DNA of 64,000 nucleotides from an uncultured delta proteobacterium (GTDB taxonomy: Bacteria > Myxococcota_A > Polyangia > Polyangiales > Polyangiaceae), in NCBI GenBank assembly GCA_963782055.1, contig CAWAIF010000003.1, positions 5,568,001-5,632,000 on the forward strand. The letters run 5' to 3'. A program made the translations under genes and the position numbers. The notes beneath the pieces were generated by a model. That model was not told the DNA's origin, did no database searches, and saw nothing but the letters and a program-made list of their open reading frames with translations. The number at the start of each line of letters is the position of its first letter. Within the stretch, counting starts at the first letter, position 1. Below, one piece after another: positions 1 through 10,163 of the stretch.

Positions 1-9
1 CTTCACGGG

Positions 10-915
10 TCAGCCTAGGAGCGCGTCGACCACGATCGCCGCGAAGAGGCCGACGAGATAGACGAGCGAGGTCAAGAAGACGAGCCGCGCCGACCTGAGG
101 GAGGCGCCGCGGCGCAGGCCGACGAGGCCTGTCCCGAGCCAGCCGGCGCCGAGGAGGACCGCCAGCACCAGGTACAGGTGGTGCGAGACGTGGAGCGGCA
201 CCAGCAGCACGCTCACGCAGAGCAGGGCGCCGACGTAGCGGACGATGGAGTGCCGGGCGGCGTTGTCGCCCTCCACGTTGGGCAGCACCACGAGGCCCGC
301 GCGCTGGTACTCCAGCTTGCGAAACAGGGCGATCGCGTGAAAATGCGGGATCTGCCAGAGAAAGAGGATGGCGAAGAGGACCAGCCCACCGGCGTCGACG
401 CGGCCGGTCGCGGCTGTCCACCCGAGGAGCGGGGGGATCGCGCCGGGAACGGCGCCGACCTGCAACGCCCAGTGCGAGCGCTGCTTGAGCGGCGTGTACG
501 CCAGCACGTAGAGCAGGTTGGCCAGCAGGGCGAGCAGCGCGGTGGTCCCGTTGACGCCCAGCGCGAGGATCGGGAGCGAGGCGACCGAGAGCGCCACGCC
601 GAACCACAGCGCGACGGCAGGCGCCATGCGACGCGCCGGCAGCGGGCGATCCTTCGTCCGCTTCATGAGGCCGTCGATGTCGCGCTCGATGACCATGTTG
701 AGCGCGTTGGCGCCGGCGACGACGAGCGCGGTGCCGAGCAGGGTGAGGGCGACGGTGAGCGGCGCCACCTTGGCGGGCGCCAGCCAGAGGCCTCCGCCCG
801 TGGTGACGAGCACCATCGCGGTGATCCGCGGCTTGGTCAGCGCGACGAGATCACGCAGGGCGAGGCGGGGACGATCGGCCTCGAGCGCGCTGGAAATGGC
901 GTGGGGACTCTGCAC
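10..915 (-). CDS. cyoE: Protoheme IX farnesyltransferase (heme O synthase)
   Basis: LTKPRI, NALNMVIERDIDGLMKRTKDRPL, YTPLK, GAVPGAIPPLLGW and FLWQIPHF motifs of the UbiA/CyoE/CtaB family; GTG start. Confidence 0.95.
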   Translation of the reverse strand: MQSPHAISSALEADRPRLALRDLVALTKPRITAMVLVTTGGGLWLAPAKVAPLTVALTLLGTALVVAGANALNMVIERDIDGLMKRTKDRPLPARRMAPAVALWFGVALSVASLPILALGVNGTTALLALLANLLYVLAYTPLKQRSHWALQVGAVPGAIPPLLGWTAATGRVDAGGLVLFAILFLWQIPHFHAIALFRKLEYQRAGLVVLPNVEGDNAARHSIVRYVGALLCVSVLLVPLHVSHHLYLVLAVLLGAGWLGTGLVGLRRGASLRSARLVFLTSLVYLVGLFAAIVVDALLG

Positions 916-1012
916 GGGAAAGGCGCGCGAGTTTTAGGAAAGGGAGACGCGCGCGTCAACCGGAACACGCCTCCGCGGCGAAGCGTGACCGCGTGCCCCG
1001 TCTTCCTGAAGC

Positions 1013-1735
1013 TCAGCGCAGGGCATCGACGAGCGCGACGCCGGTGATCGCCAGCCAGGCGAACGCCAGCGCGCCGAACCCGAGGGCTCGGACGAGGAGC
1101 TGCCAGACGGGCGCCTCGTCGTGGCCGCTCCACGACTCGAAGGGGAAGCGCCATGGGCGCGCGGTGCATGCGGCGGTCGCCCGGTAGCGAACGGTCCGCG
1201 GCGGGGCGACACGGTAGGCGGCCTGCTCGCCGACCTCTTCCTCGGCGTGGACCAGCAGGCACGCCTCGCGCTCGCCGGTGGCGGCGGCGGACCAGAGCTG
1301 CTCGCGCACCGCCGAGAGATCGACGCTGGACTCCGACACGCCCACGCCCAAGGGCGCTCCGCCGGCGTCCAGACGGGCGCGCACCCAGCCAGAGCTCCCC
1401 GGCTCGAGGCTCGCGAGAGGGACGGGCGGCGCGGGCGTGGGCACGGAGAAGGCGCGGTGCTTCGGCGCGACACGCAGCACGCCACCAAGGCCGCGGCCGC
1501 CGACGCCGAGCATCGCCACGGCGTGGACGACGCCGACCGCTCCCTGCCCGACGGCGATCACCCCGACCGCGACCTGACCGATGGCGACCACGCCCCGCGC
1601 GAGCTGGCCGATCGCGATCACTCCGAGGGCGCTCTGGCCGAGGGCGATCACGCCGACGGCCTCCTGGCCGACCGCGACGAGCCCTGGACTTCTGGGATCG
1701 GTCGAGAAGAGCCTCACGCTGCGTGATCGTAGCAT
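1013..1735 (-). CDS. Hypothetical membrane protein with 10-aa G-V-I-A-x-G-Q-x-A-x repeats
   Basis: 3' part of ORF 1013..2665; five decapeptide repeats and a C-terminal hydrophobic helix; start ATG 1735 or GTG 1717. Confidence 0.65.
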   Translation of the reverse strand: MLRSRSVRLFSTDPRSPGLVAVGQEAVGVIALGQSALGVIAIGQLARGVVAIGQVAVGVIAVGQGAVGVVHAVAMLGVGGRGLGGVLRVAPKHRAFSVPTPAPPVPLASLEPGSSGWVRARLDAGGAPLGVGVSESSVDLSAVREQLWSAAATGEREACLLVHAEEEVGEQAAYRVAPPRTVRYRATAACTARPWRFPFESWSGHDEAPVWQLLVRALGFGALAFAWLAITGVALVDALR

Positions 1736-1840
1736 CCCGCAGCGCGTGCAGCCCCGCGCACTGCTTGCGCGATCGGCGCCGAGCAGGCACGCAGGATTCG
1801 CAAAGGGTGAGGCGGCACGACCCTCGCAAGAATGCGCCGC

Positions 1841-2440
1841 ATGAGCGACAAACCGCACCCCCGCACCGTCGTCCTCGCCGCGATCGACGCATCTCCCGCG
1901 TCTGCGCACGTGGTCGCGTCCGCCGCCCGGTTCGCCACCACCCCGGGCGGCGAGCTGCACATCGTCCACGTCATCGACAGCGCGGACGCCAAGCACTACC
2001 GCGAGCAGGTCGCACGCGCGGCGAAGCTGCTCGACGCGGCCGCGAAGGACGCGCCGCGGGTGGAGCACGTGACGCTGCACATCGCCGCGGGCACCGCGTG
2101 GCGAGAGATCCTGCAGATCGCCGCCAACACGCAGGCAGACGTGCTCGTCATCGGGTCGCACGACCTGAGCTCCATCGAGAAGCTGGTGCTCGGCAGTGTC
2201 GCCGACCCGGTCGTGCACAAGGCGCAGTGCCCGGTGTTCGTCGTGCGTCGGAAGGATTACCACAACAAGGCCGTCCCGGAGATCGAGCCTCCGTGCCCCG
2301 ACTGCCTCACCGCGCAGCGCGAGTCGGGCGGGCGCGAGCTGTGGTGCGAGCATCACAAGGGGCGCCACGCGCACGGGCGGACGCACTACGAGCTGCCGGA
2401 GCCGTTCGCCCTCGGGATGATGCTCATCCGCGACGAGTAG
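1841..2440 (+). CDS. Universal stress protein with C-terminal Cys/His cluster
   Basis: VVLAAIDAS, ADVLVIGSH, LVLGSVADPVVHKAQCPVFVV (Usp domain); tail PCPDC...WCEHH. Confidence 0.9.
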   Translation: MSDKPHPRTVVLAAIDASPASAHVVASAARFATTPGGELHIVHVIDSADAKHYREQVARAAKLLDAAAKDAPRVEHVTLHIAAGTAWREILQIAANTQADVLVIGSHDLSSIEKLVLGSVADPVVHKAQCPVFVVRRKDYHNKAVPEIEPPCPDCLTAQRESGGRELWCEHHKGRHAHGRTHYELPEPFALGMMLIRDE

Positions 2441-2444
2441 GGGC

Positions 2445-5400
2445 TCACCCGCCGTCGCCGCCCCGCGCGCTCTCCCCGGACGGGAGAGAGGACGAGGCCA
2501 GGGCGAGGAGGCGGGCGTTGGCGTCGGCGCGCAGGAAGAGATCGCGCTCTCGCGGGGGGAGGCGGGCGGCGCGGGACAGCAGGCGTGCCCGCGCCGGCTC
2601 CAGGAGCGCGCGGGCGCGAGCCTCGCGGCCTGTGGCCAGAGCGGCGCGCGCGCCCGCGAGGACAATCTCCGACTCGCCGGCGTCGGTGCCCCCTAGCTGC
2701 TCGAAGATGGCGACGGCCTCGTCGGCCGCGACGCTTCCACCGGCGACGTCGCCCGCGTCCAGACGCGCGGTGCCGAGCAAGGCGAGCGCGTAAGCGCGCA
2801 GGGGTGGGGTGGAGTCGAGCACCTCGATCGCCGCGCGCGCCTCCCCCTCGGCGGCGCGGAGATCTCCCGCCTTGCGCGCGGCGGAGGCCAGGTAGATGTG
2901 GCAGCCTCCCTCCATGCGGCGGTGGCCCTGCGCGGCGAAGTCGGCGCGCGCCTGCCGGAGCATGGCGATACCCTCCTCCACCTGGCCACTCTGCACGAGG
3001 GCGTAACCTACGTTCTGGCGGGCGAGCGCGGTCACGTTTCGCAGGCCGAGTCGCTCCGCCTCCGCCATGAGACGGCCTCCCTCGGCGACCGCGGCCTCGT
3101 AGTCCCCCACCTCGAGCAGACCGTTGACGATGTTGCCGCGCTGGGCGAGCGCGTTGCGGAGGTCGCCGACCTCGGCGAAGAGGGCCGCCGCGCGGGTGAT
3201 CGCGGCCAGCGCGCGCGGCACGTCGCCGGTGGCCATCGCGTGCAGGCCGCTGCTTCGGAAGAAGCGCGCGAGCACCTGGGGGTTGCGCGCGCCCAGCGTC
3301 GTGGCCTGCAGCTCGATGGAGTCCAGGATCTCCCGCGCGAGCGGGGCGTTGCCCTGGAGCGGGAGGAACCCAGCGACGACGCAGAGCGCGACGACCTTCG
3401 CCTCCAGCGCGGCGCCTTCCACCGGGGCATCGCGTATGCGCGCGGTCAGCTCCAGCACGCCCGCGGCGTCGCCGAGGCGCGAGAGCGCGGCGCCCGCGTA
3501 GCCGCCCGCGCGGAACCAGCCCTCGGAGGAGGCGGGCAGCGCGTCCATCGCCCAGCGGGCGCGCTCGGCGCAGCCGGCGAGGTCTCCCATCCAGAAGCAC
3601 GTCTCGGCGACCACGACCTCCAGGTCGCCGCGCAGCGCGCCCTCGGCGCCGCAGCGGAGCGCGAGGGCTGCGCGGTCCTTCACGCCCTGGAAGTCCACGC
3701 CCTCCAGCGCCTGCGCGGCGGCGCGGACGTAGGCGCGGGCCGCCACCGCGAGCAGGCCGCCGAGCTCGGCGTGGGTGGCGACGAGCATGGCGTCGGGGGA
3801 GCGGCGCTCCGAGAGCCAGTCGACGGCGAGGCGATGCCCGAGGGCGCGGTCCTCCGCGGTGAGGGTGGCGTAGGCGGCGTCGCGCAGCAGCGTGTGGAGA
3901 AAGGCGAACTCGGGATCGGCGTCGGCGCCGGGCTGGCTGGGCGACGCCGTGCCCGGCGCCACGAGCACCTCGCGACCGACGAGATCGTCCAGGTGCGCGC
4001 GGACGCCGCGGCGATCGGCGGACCCGAGCAGGGCGCACACACCCGACAGGACGAAGCGCTGGCCGAGCACGCTCGCCGCGCGCAGCACGTGGCGCTGCTC
4101 GGCCGGCAGCGTGTCCAGACGAGCACCCAGCGCCGCGAGCACCGTACCGGAGCTGGCGTCCGGTGCCCGGCCCTCCTTCACGCCGCGCGCGGTCTCCTCC
4201 AGGAAGAGCGGGTTGCCGCGCCCCACCTCCAGCACCTGCCGCACGACCTCGTCCCCGGCGTCGGCGCCCAGACGCTGCCGGACGAGGCGCTCGCTCGCGC
4301 GCGGCGCGAGGGGGCCGAGCGCGATGCGCGTGACCGCGCGGCCCTCGAAGGCGCCGGGGAGCCTGTCGTCCACCTCCGGCCGCGCGAGCGCCAGGACGAA
4401 GGTGGGGCTCGACTCCAGATCGCGCAGCGCGCCGTCCAGGAGCTTCATGCTGGCGCGATCGCACCACTGCAGGTCGTCGAGCACGATCACCAGCGGCTGG
4501 TGCGTCATCGCGCGCATGAGGTCGGTGAAGGCGCGGCGGACGTGGTCGGCCATCGTCATCGCGTCGGCGCGGGCGGCGCGCAGGGCCACGCCCGGCTCCG
4601 TGGCGGACGCGGCCCCCAGGATCTCGCCGAGGAAGTCGGCGAGGCGCGCGACGTCGTCCGGCGCGAGCTGCGCCGAGGCGAGGAAGACGTCCAGCCGCTG
4701 GCGGCGGCGCTCGGGCGAGTCGGCGAAGTCGACGCCGGCGAAGGCCCCGACGAGCTGCGAGGCCATCCCGAAGGTGGAGCCCGCCGAGAGCTCGTCGCAG
4801 CAGACCTCGCAGGTGCGTGGCGGCGGCGCCATCGCGCCGAAGCGGAGGAGGATCTCGCTCGCGAGGCGCGTCTTGCCGGTGCCGGGCGGCGCGGTGACGA
4901 GCGCGACGCGCACCTCCCCCTCGCCGACCGACTCCTCGCGCGCGGCGAGCAGCGCGGCCAGCTCGCGGTCGCGTCCGAGCATGGTGGACGACGCGCGCCG
5001 GGGCCCGCTCGTGGGCTCGGCGTCCACCCGCGCGAGCTCGCCGCGGCGAGTCACGGCCACGCGCACGCCTCCAAGGTCGACGGTGAGGGGGTCGACGAAG
5101 ACGCCTGTCTCCCCCGCCTGCAGGCAGCGCCGGGCGAGCGCGGCGGCGGCATCCACGGCCTCGCCGAAGGGCATGCGACCGCGGAGACGTCCCAGCCCCG
5201 ACGCGACCACCACGCGGGGCAGCGACGCGGCGCGGCGGAGCTGGAGCGCGGCGCGCACCGCACGCGACACGCGGTCGGCGGCGCTCCCCTCCCCGCCCGC
5301 GCTGCCGACGATCGAGCCGTCCGCCAGGCGCTCCAGCACGACGCCGAAGCTCTCCTCGAACGTGTCCAGACGGATCGGCTGGTCCTCCAGCGCGAGCGTC

Positions 5401-6329
5401 TCGCCCATCGGGTCGGGGGCGTCGTCGCGCGCGGCGAGGATCACGTGGACCATGCGCTGCTCGTCGGAGGTGAGCGACGGCGCGGCGGTCGCCCGCACCG
5501 AGCCCGTCCCCTCCAGCGAGCACGCGGCGAGGAGCGCCGCGGCGGTCGTGCCGTCCGCGGGGCGCTCCTCCGGCGCCTTGGCCAGCAGACGGTCGCAGAG
5601 CTCGTCGACGGCGACGGGGACCCCGGGGACGAGCGCGCGCAGGCGCGGCGGCGCCTCCAGGAGGATCTTCGCGAGCACCGCCACCGCGTGCTCGCCGACG
5701 AACGGCGCACGGCCGGCGAGGCACTCGAACAGGACGCAGCCCAGCGAGTAGACGTCGGCGCGCGCGTCGACCGCGCGCGAGCCGCGGGCCTGCTCCGGTG
5801 CCATGTACCCCGGCGTGCCGACCACCAGCCCCGTGCGCGTGCGGCGCGGCGCGCCGGCCTGCAAGGCGACGCCGAAGTCGACCAGCACCGGGCGCGACAC
5901 GTCGCCGCCCTCCAGCAGGATGTTGCTCGGCTTGACGTCGCGGTGAACGATGCCGAGCGCGTGCGCGGTGCCGAGCGCCTCGGCGACGCGCGTCGCGAGG
6001 GCGATCGCCTCCGCGGGGCCGAGCGCGCCTCGAGTGAGCCGCCACGAGAGGTCCTCGCCCTCGACCCACTGCATGACGAGGAACAGGTCCCCGGAGGAGG
6101 CCACGCCGTGCGCGAAGTACCGAACGATGGCGGGGTGACGCAGCTCGCCGAGCACCTTCGCCTCGCGGAGGAAGCGCTCGGTGTGGCCGGGCGTCGGCTC
6201 GAGCAGCACCTTGACCGCCACAGGCGCGCCGGTGATCCGGTCCCTGGCACGGAACACCAGGCCCATCCCCCCTTCGGCCACGGGCGCGACGATCTCGAAG
6301 CGGTCTTCGATGACGTCACCGGGCCGCAT
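2445..6329 (-). CDS. Ser/Thr protein kinase - P-loop ATPase - TPR-like multidomain protein
   Basis: AEGGMG, VAVK, HRDVKPSN, DFG, GTPGYMAPE; Walker A PPGTGKT, Walker B VIVLDDLQW; helical repeat C-terminus. Confidence 0.92.
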   Translation of the reverse strand: MRPGDVIEDRFEIVAPVAEGGMGLVFRARDRITGAPVAVKVLLEPTPGHTERFLREAKVLGELRHPAIVRYFAHGVASSGDLFLVMQWVEGEDLSWRLTRGALGPAEAIALATRVAEALGTAHALGIVHRDVKPSNILLEGGDVSRPVLVDFGVALQAGAPRRTRTGLVVGTPGYMAPEQARGSRAVDARADVYSLGCVLFECLAGRAPFVGEHAVAVLAKILLEAPPRLRALVPGVPVAVDELCDRLLAKAPEERPADGTTAAALLAACSLEGTGSVRATAAPSLTSDEQRMVHVILAARDDAPDPMGETLALEDQPIRLDTFEESFGVVLERLADGSIVGSAGGEGSAADRVSRAVRAALQLRRAASLPRVVVASGLGRLRGRMPFGEAVDAAAALARRCLQAGETGVFVDPLTVDLGGVRVAVTRRGELARVDAEPTSGPRRASSTMLGRDRELAALLAAREESVGEGEVRVALVTAPPGTGKTRLASEILLRFGAMAPPPRTCEVCCDELSAGSTFGMASQLVGAFAGVDFADSPERRRQRLDVFLASAQLAPDDVARLADFLGEILGAASATEPGVALRAARADAMTMADHVRRAFTDLMRAMTHQPLVIVLDDLQWCDRASMKLLDGALRDLESSPTFVLALARPEVDDRLPGAFEGRAVTRIALGPLAPRASERLVRQRLGADAGDEVVRQVLEVGRGNPLFLEETARGVKEGRAPDASSGTVLAALGARLDTLPAEQRHVLRAASVLGQRFVLSGVCALLGSADRRGVRAHLDDLVGREVLVAPGTASPSQPGADADPEFAFLHTLLRDAAYATLTAEDRALGHRLAVDWLSERRSPDAMLVATHAELGGLLAVAARAYVRAAAQALEGVDFQGVKDRAALALRCGAEGALRGDLEVVVAETCFWMGDLAGCAERARWAMDALPASSEGWFRAGGYAGAALSRLGDAAGVLELTARIRDAPVEGAALEAKVVALCVVAGFLPLQGNAPLAREILDSIELQATTLGARNPQVLARFFRSSGLHAMATGDVPRALAAITRAAALFAEVGDLRNALAQRGNIVNGLLEVGDYEAAVAEGGRLMAEAERLGLRNVTALARQNVGYALVQSGQVEEGIAMLRQARADFAAQGHRRMEGGCHIYLASAARKAGDLRAAEGEARAAIEVLDSTPPLRAYALALLGTARLDAGDVAGGSVAADEAVAIFEQLGGTDAGESEIVLAGARAALATGREARARALLEPARARLLSRAARLPPRERDLFLRADANARLLALASSSLPSGESARGGDGG

Positions 6330-6371
6330 GGGGCCGATTATGCCACGACCACCGCGCGCGCAGTCACGCGG

Positions 6372-9300
6372 TCACGGCCGCGCCGTGCTCGCGCCGAGCG
6401 CGAGCAGCCGCGCGTTCTCCGGCACGGCGAAGAAGGAGCGGCGCAGGCTCTCGTCGGTGACGGTCGCGCCGCGCGTGCGCAGCCGGGCCTGGGCGTCCCG
6501 CGCGTACGCCTCCGCCCCGGGGTCGCCCGCGGCGGCCAGCACCTCGGCCCGGACGCGCCGGATGAGCCACTCGCCCGTGTCCACCGAGAGCGCCGACTCC
6601 AGGATGGCCGCCGCCTCTCCCGATCGCTCCAGCGCCATCGCCACGTCACCGCGCGCGAGCAGGACGTCGGCAAGCACCGCGAGGGCCCGCGCGCGCGTGG
6701 GCGGTACGTGGGCCAGATCGGCCGCGGCGCCGCGCGCCTCGGCGAGCGCCTCGTCCAGCTTGCCCTCGTGCAGCAGCAGCTCGGCGACGTACGACCGCAC
6801 CCCGCCCGCCAGGCGCTCGGAGCCGTGCGAGAGGAACGCCGCGTGGGCCTCGCGCTGCGCGGCGAGCGCTTCGTCCCGTTTGCCCTCGCGCGCCAGGACG
6901 ATGCCCTCGATGTGCATGGCGCCGGCGAGCGGGCCGGCCAGCGCGTAGCGCTCGGCGACGTGACGGCCGGACTCCAGCGTCTCGCGCGCGTCCAGCCCGA
7001 GGTCGAGCCGCGCGAAGGCGAGGTTGATCGTCTGCAGGCACGCGCTGCGCAGGTCGCCCGCGCGCTCGAAGGCCTCGACGCAGGCGTGCGTGCGGAGCAT
7101 GTACTCCTCCGGCAGCCCGCGCAGCCCGGCGCGCGTGGCGAGGGCCTGCTCCAGCCGCGCCTTCGCCAGCTCGGTCACGGTGAGGGACGCGGCGCGCTCG
7201 ACGAGGATGTCGGCGCGGGGGTCGCCGCGCACCATGAGCTGCAGGGCCGCGCGGCAGAAGGCGATCGCCGCGGCGGGCTCGTCGGCGGGCGACGCGGGGG
7301 ACGCGGCGAGCAGCGCGCCGACGACGCGCTCGAAGCCCTCGTTGTCGCCGGTGGCGCCGCGCGAGACCGCCCCCTCCGCCGCCGCGCGGAACCAGCGGGT
7401 GCCACCGGCGGGGAGCTCCGCCATCGCCTCGCCGGCGCGGGTGGCCGCGCGGTCGTACTCGCCGCGCCACCGGTGGGCCTCGGCGAGCACGACGAGCACG
7501 TCGCGACGCGCGGCCACGCTCACCTCGTCCTGCGCCGGCTGCCCCGCCAGCGCGCGCGTGGCGAGGTCGACGACCGCGGCGAGATCGCTGGCCTCCAGGG
7601 CGAGCGTCGCCGCCGCCGCCAGCCAGCGCGCCGCCGCGGAGGCGTCCCCGCCGCGTGCGTAATGCTCCGCCAGCACCGACGGATCGCGCTCCCCGTGCGA
7701 CTCCAGCCACGCGCCGGCCAGCGCGTGCGCCGTCCTCCGGTCGCCCTCGGTCAGCATGGCGTAGGCCGCGTCCCGGACCAGCGCGTGGCGGAACGTCCAG
7801 ACGCCGGGCTCGCGCTGCGCGAGCACCTCGCGCTCCACCAGCCAGGCACACCAGGCGTCGACGTTGTCGCGGGAGGCGCCCTCGCCGAGCAACGCCGCGG
7901 CGGCGTCCGAGCCGAACGACTGCCCGAGCACGCTGCCCGCGCGCAGCACGCGCCGCGCCTCCGGCTCCAGGCCGGCGAGGCGCGCCTCCAGCACCGCGAT
8001 GGCCGCGCCGGGCACCTCGTCACCGTCCATGGAGGAGAAGGCGCGCACGAGCTCCTCGGCGAAGAAGGGGCTGCCGCCGCTCCGCTCCACGATGGTGGCC
8101 ACGGTCTTCGGGTCGGCCGACGGCCCGAGGGCGGCGCGCACCAGCGCCGCCGTCGCCTTCGCGCCGAGCTTGGCCAGGGAGATGCTCATCGGCTGTCGCT
8201 CGGAGAGCATGCGGAAGTAGGCGTCCTTCGACTCCGGCCGGCCGACGAGCAGGACGAAGAGGGGCAGGTCGCGCGCGATGCGCAGCGCGGCGTCGATGGC
8301 GCGCACCGACGCCGCGTCCGCCCACTGCAGGTCCTCCACCAGGAGCACGAGCGGTCGGGTCGCCTGCGCGCGCACCAGGTCCTCCCACGCGCGGCGGACC
8401 TGATCGCTCATCAGCATGGGCTCGCCGCGCGCGGCGGCGAGCTGCGCGCTCGGCGAGGGAACCGGCTCCCCGGCGACCTCCGCGAGGAACTCGGCGACCC
8501 GGTCGGCGTCGTCGGGGCCGAGCGCGCCGGTGGCCAGCCGGCGAAGGGCGAGGTGGAGCGGCTCCGCAGGGGCCTCGCCCGCGCTCGCGGCCGCGCTCCT
8601 CACGACCTGCGCCAGCACCGCGAGGGCGGTGGAGGTCTGCGTGGGGTCCGCGCCGGCGATCCACACCGCGCGCGCGTCGCCCTGGATCCGCGCCAGCGTC
8701 TCCTCGCGCACCCGCGTCTTGCCGATGCCGGACGGCCCCGTGAGGATGGCGACGCGCGCGACGCTCTCGCCGGCGCTCTCGGCGAAGAGGGAGGTGATGA
8801 GGCCGATCTCCCGCTCGCGGCCGACGCACGGCGTGGCCTTGCCGAGCAGGGGCGCCGGGGGCGGCGGGGGGCCGGAGCTGCGCGCCGGCCGGCGCGGGCC
8901 GCCGTGGGCCTCGCGGACGAGCTCGAAGTCGCCCTCCGCGGTGGTGCGCAGCTCGAAGCGCTCTCCGAGCAGGCGTGCGGTGTCGGCGTCCAGGCGCACG
9001 TCGGCGCCGGGCCTCCGCGCCGCGGCGTCGATCGCGCGCATCGTCCCGGTGCCGCCACGGACGGTGGCCACCGTGCACGGCGCGCTCGCGTCGAAGCGTC
9101 GGACCGCCAGCGCGCCGCGGGCCGCGCGGAACGCGCGCTCCACCGCGCCCGACGACTCGCCGGCGAACTCGGCGATGAGGATGCCGTCGCCGACGACGTC
9201 CACCAGGCCGCCGAGCGCGCGCAGCTCCTCCAGCAGCGGCTCCGGCGCGCCGCTCACCCGGGCGACGAGCACGGTGGCCGCGCGCTGCTCGCCCACGCTG

Positions 9301-10163
9301 ACGCTGCGCTCGCCGCGACCGGTGCTGGAGGTGAGCTCGGCCTCGATGGCGGCGAGCTCGGAGGCGACCGCCGCGCCGTGGGGCGGGCGGCCCTCCGGCG
9401 CCTTGGCGAGCATCCTCCCGAGGAGGCTGTCGAGGACATCCGGGATCCCCGCGCGCCGGCTCGACGGGGGCGCCGCCTCGTCGAAGAGCACGCGCGCCAC
9501 CATCGCCACGTCGCTGTCGGCGGCGAAGGGGCGCTCGCCGGTGAGGCACTCGTAGAGCACGCACCCGAGGGAGAACACGTCCGCCCTCGCGTCCACGGCG
9601 CCCTCCCCTCGCGCCTGCTCCGGCGCCGCGTAGCCCGCGGTGCCCACCGGCCCGGTGTGCGTGCGCCCGTGCACCGCGATGCCGAAGTCGAGCACCTTGA
9701 CGCGCCCGAGGTCGCCCCCGATCAGCATCACGTTGCCCGGCGTGACGTCACGATGGACGACGCCCCACGTGTGAGCGGCCGCGAGCCCCTCGGCGACGCG
9801 ACGCGCGACCCCCACCGCCTCTGCCACGCCGAGCGGCCCTTGCTTGAGGCGCGCCCGCAGCGTCTCGCCCTCCAGCCACTCCGTGGCGAGGTACGCGCGC
9901 CCCGCCTCGTCCACACCGAACGCCACGCAGCGCACGATGGACGGGTGGGAGAGCTGCAGGAGCATCTGCCCCTCCTGCCGGAGCGCGCTACCGTCGCCCG
10001 CCTCCAGGTGGAGGATCTTGAGCGCCACCACCTCGCCGCGATCCCGGTCGGTCGCCCGGTACACGATCCCCATGCCGCCCTCGCCGGCCACCGCCTCGAT
10101 CACATAACGGCCGGCGACGACGTCGCCCGGCCCGGCCGGGAGGGAGCGGCCGCGCGGGCTCAT
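6372..10163 (-). CDS. Ser/Thr protein kinase - P-loop ATPase - TPR-like multidomain protein (paralog of 2445..6329)
   Basis: GEGGMG, VALK, HRDVTPGN, DFG, GTAGYAAPE; GPSGIGKT, VLLVEDLQWAD; start ATG 10163 overlaps the stop of the upstream histidine kinase (ATGA). Confidence 0.9.
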   Translation of the reverse strand: MSPRGRSLPAGPGDVVAGRYVIEAVAGEGGMGIVYRATDRDRGEVVALKILHLEAGDGSALRQEGQMLLQLSHPSIVRCVAFGVDEAGRAYLATEWLEGETLRARLKQGPLGVAEAVGVARRVAEGLAAAHTWGVVHRDVTPGNVMLIGGDLGRVKVLDFGIAVHGRTHTGPVGTAGYAAPEQARGEGAVDARADVFSLGCVLYECLTGERPFAADSDVAMVARVLFDEAAPPSSRRAGIPDVLDSLLGRMLAKAPEGRPPHGAAVASELAAIEAELTSSTGRGERSVSVGEQRAATVLVARVSGAPEPLLEELRALGGLVDVVGDGILIAEFAGESSGAVERAFRAARGALAVRRFDASAPCTVATVRGGTGTMRAIDAAARRPGADVRLDADTARLLGERFELRTTAEGDFELVREAHGGPRRPARSSGPPPPPAPLLGKATPCVGREREIGLITSLFAESAGESVARVAILTGPSGIGKTRVREETLARIQGDARAVWIAGADPTQTSTALAVLAQVVRSAAASAGEAPAEPLHLALRRLATGALGPDDADRVAEFLAEVAGEPVPSPSAQLAAARGEPMLMSDQVRRAWEDLVRAQATRPLVLLVEDLQWADAASVRAIDAALRIARDLPLFVLLVGRPESKDAYFRMLSERQPMSISLAKLGAKATAALVRAALGPSADPKTVATIVERSGGSPFFAEELVRAFSSMDGDEVPGAAIAVLEARLAGLEPEARRVLRAGSVLGQSFGSDAAAALLGEGASRDNVDAWCAWLVEREVLAQREPGVWTFRHALVRDAAYAMLTEGDRRTAHALAGAWLESHGERDPSVLAEHYARGGDASAAARWLAAAATLALEASDLAAVVDLATRALAGQPAQDEVSVAARRDVLVVLAEAHRWRGEYDRAATRAGEAMAELPAGGTRWFRAAAEGAVSRGATGDNEGFERVVGALLAASPASPADEPAAAIAFCRAALQLMVRGDPRADILVERAASLTVTELAKARLEQALATRAGLRGLPEEYMLRTHACVEAFERAGDLRSACLQTINLAFARLDLGLDARETLESGRHVAERYALAGPLAGAMHIEGIVLAREGKRDEALAAQREAHAAFLSHGSERLAGGVRSYVAELLLHEGKLDEALAEARGAAADLAHVPPTRARALAVLADVLLARGDVAMALERSGEAAAILESALSVDTGEWLIRRVRAEVLAAAGDPGAEAYARDAQARLRTRGATVTDESLRRSFFAVPENARLLALGASTARP

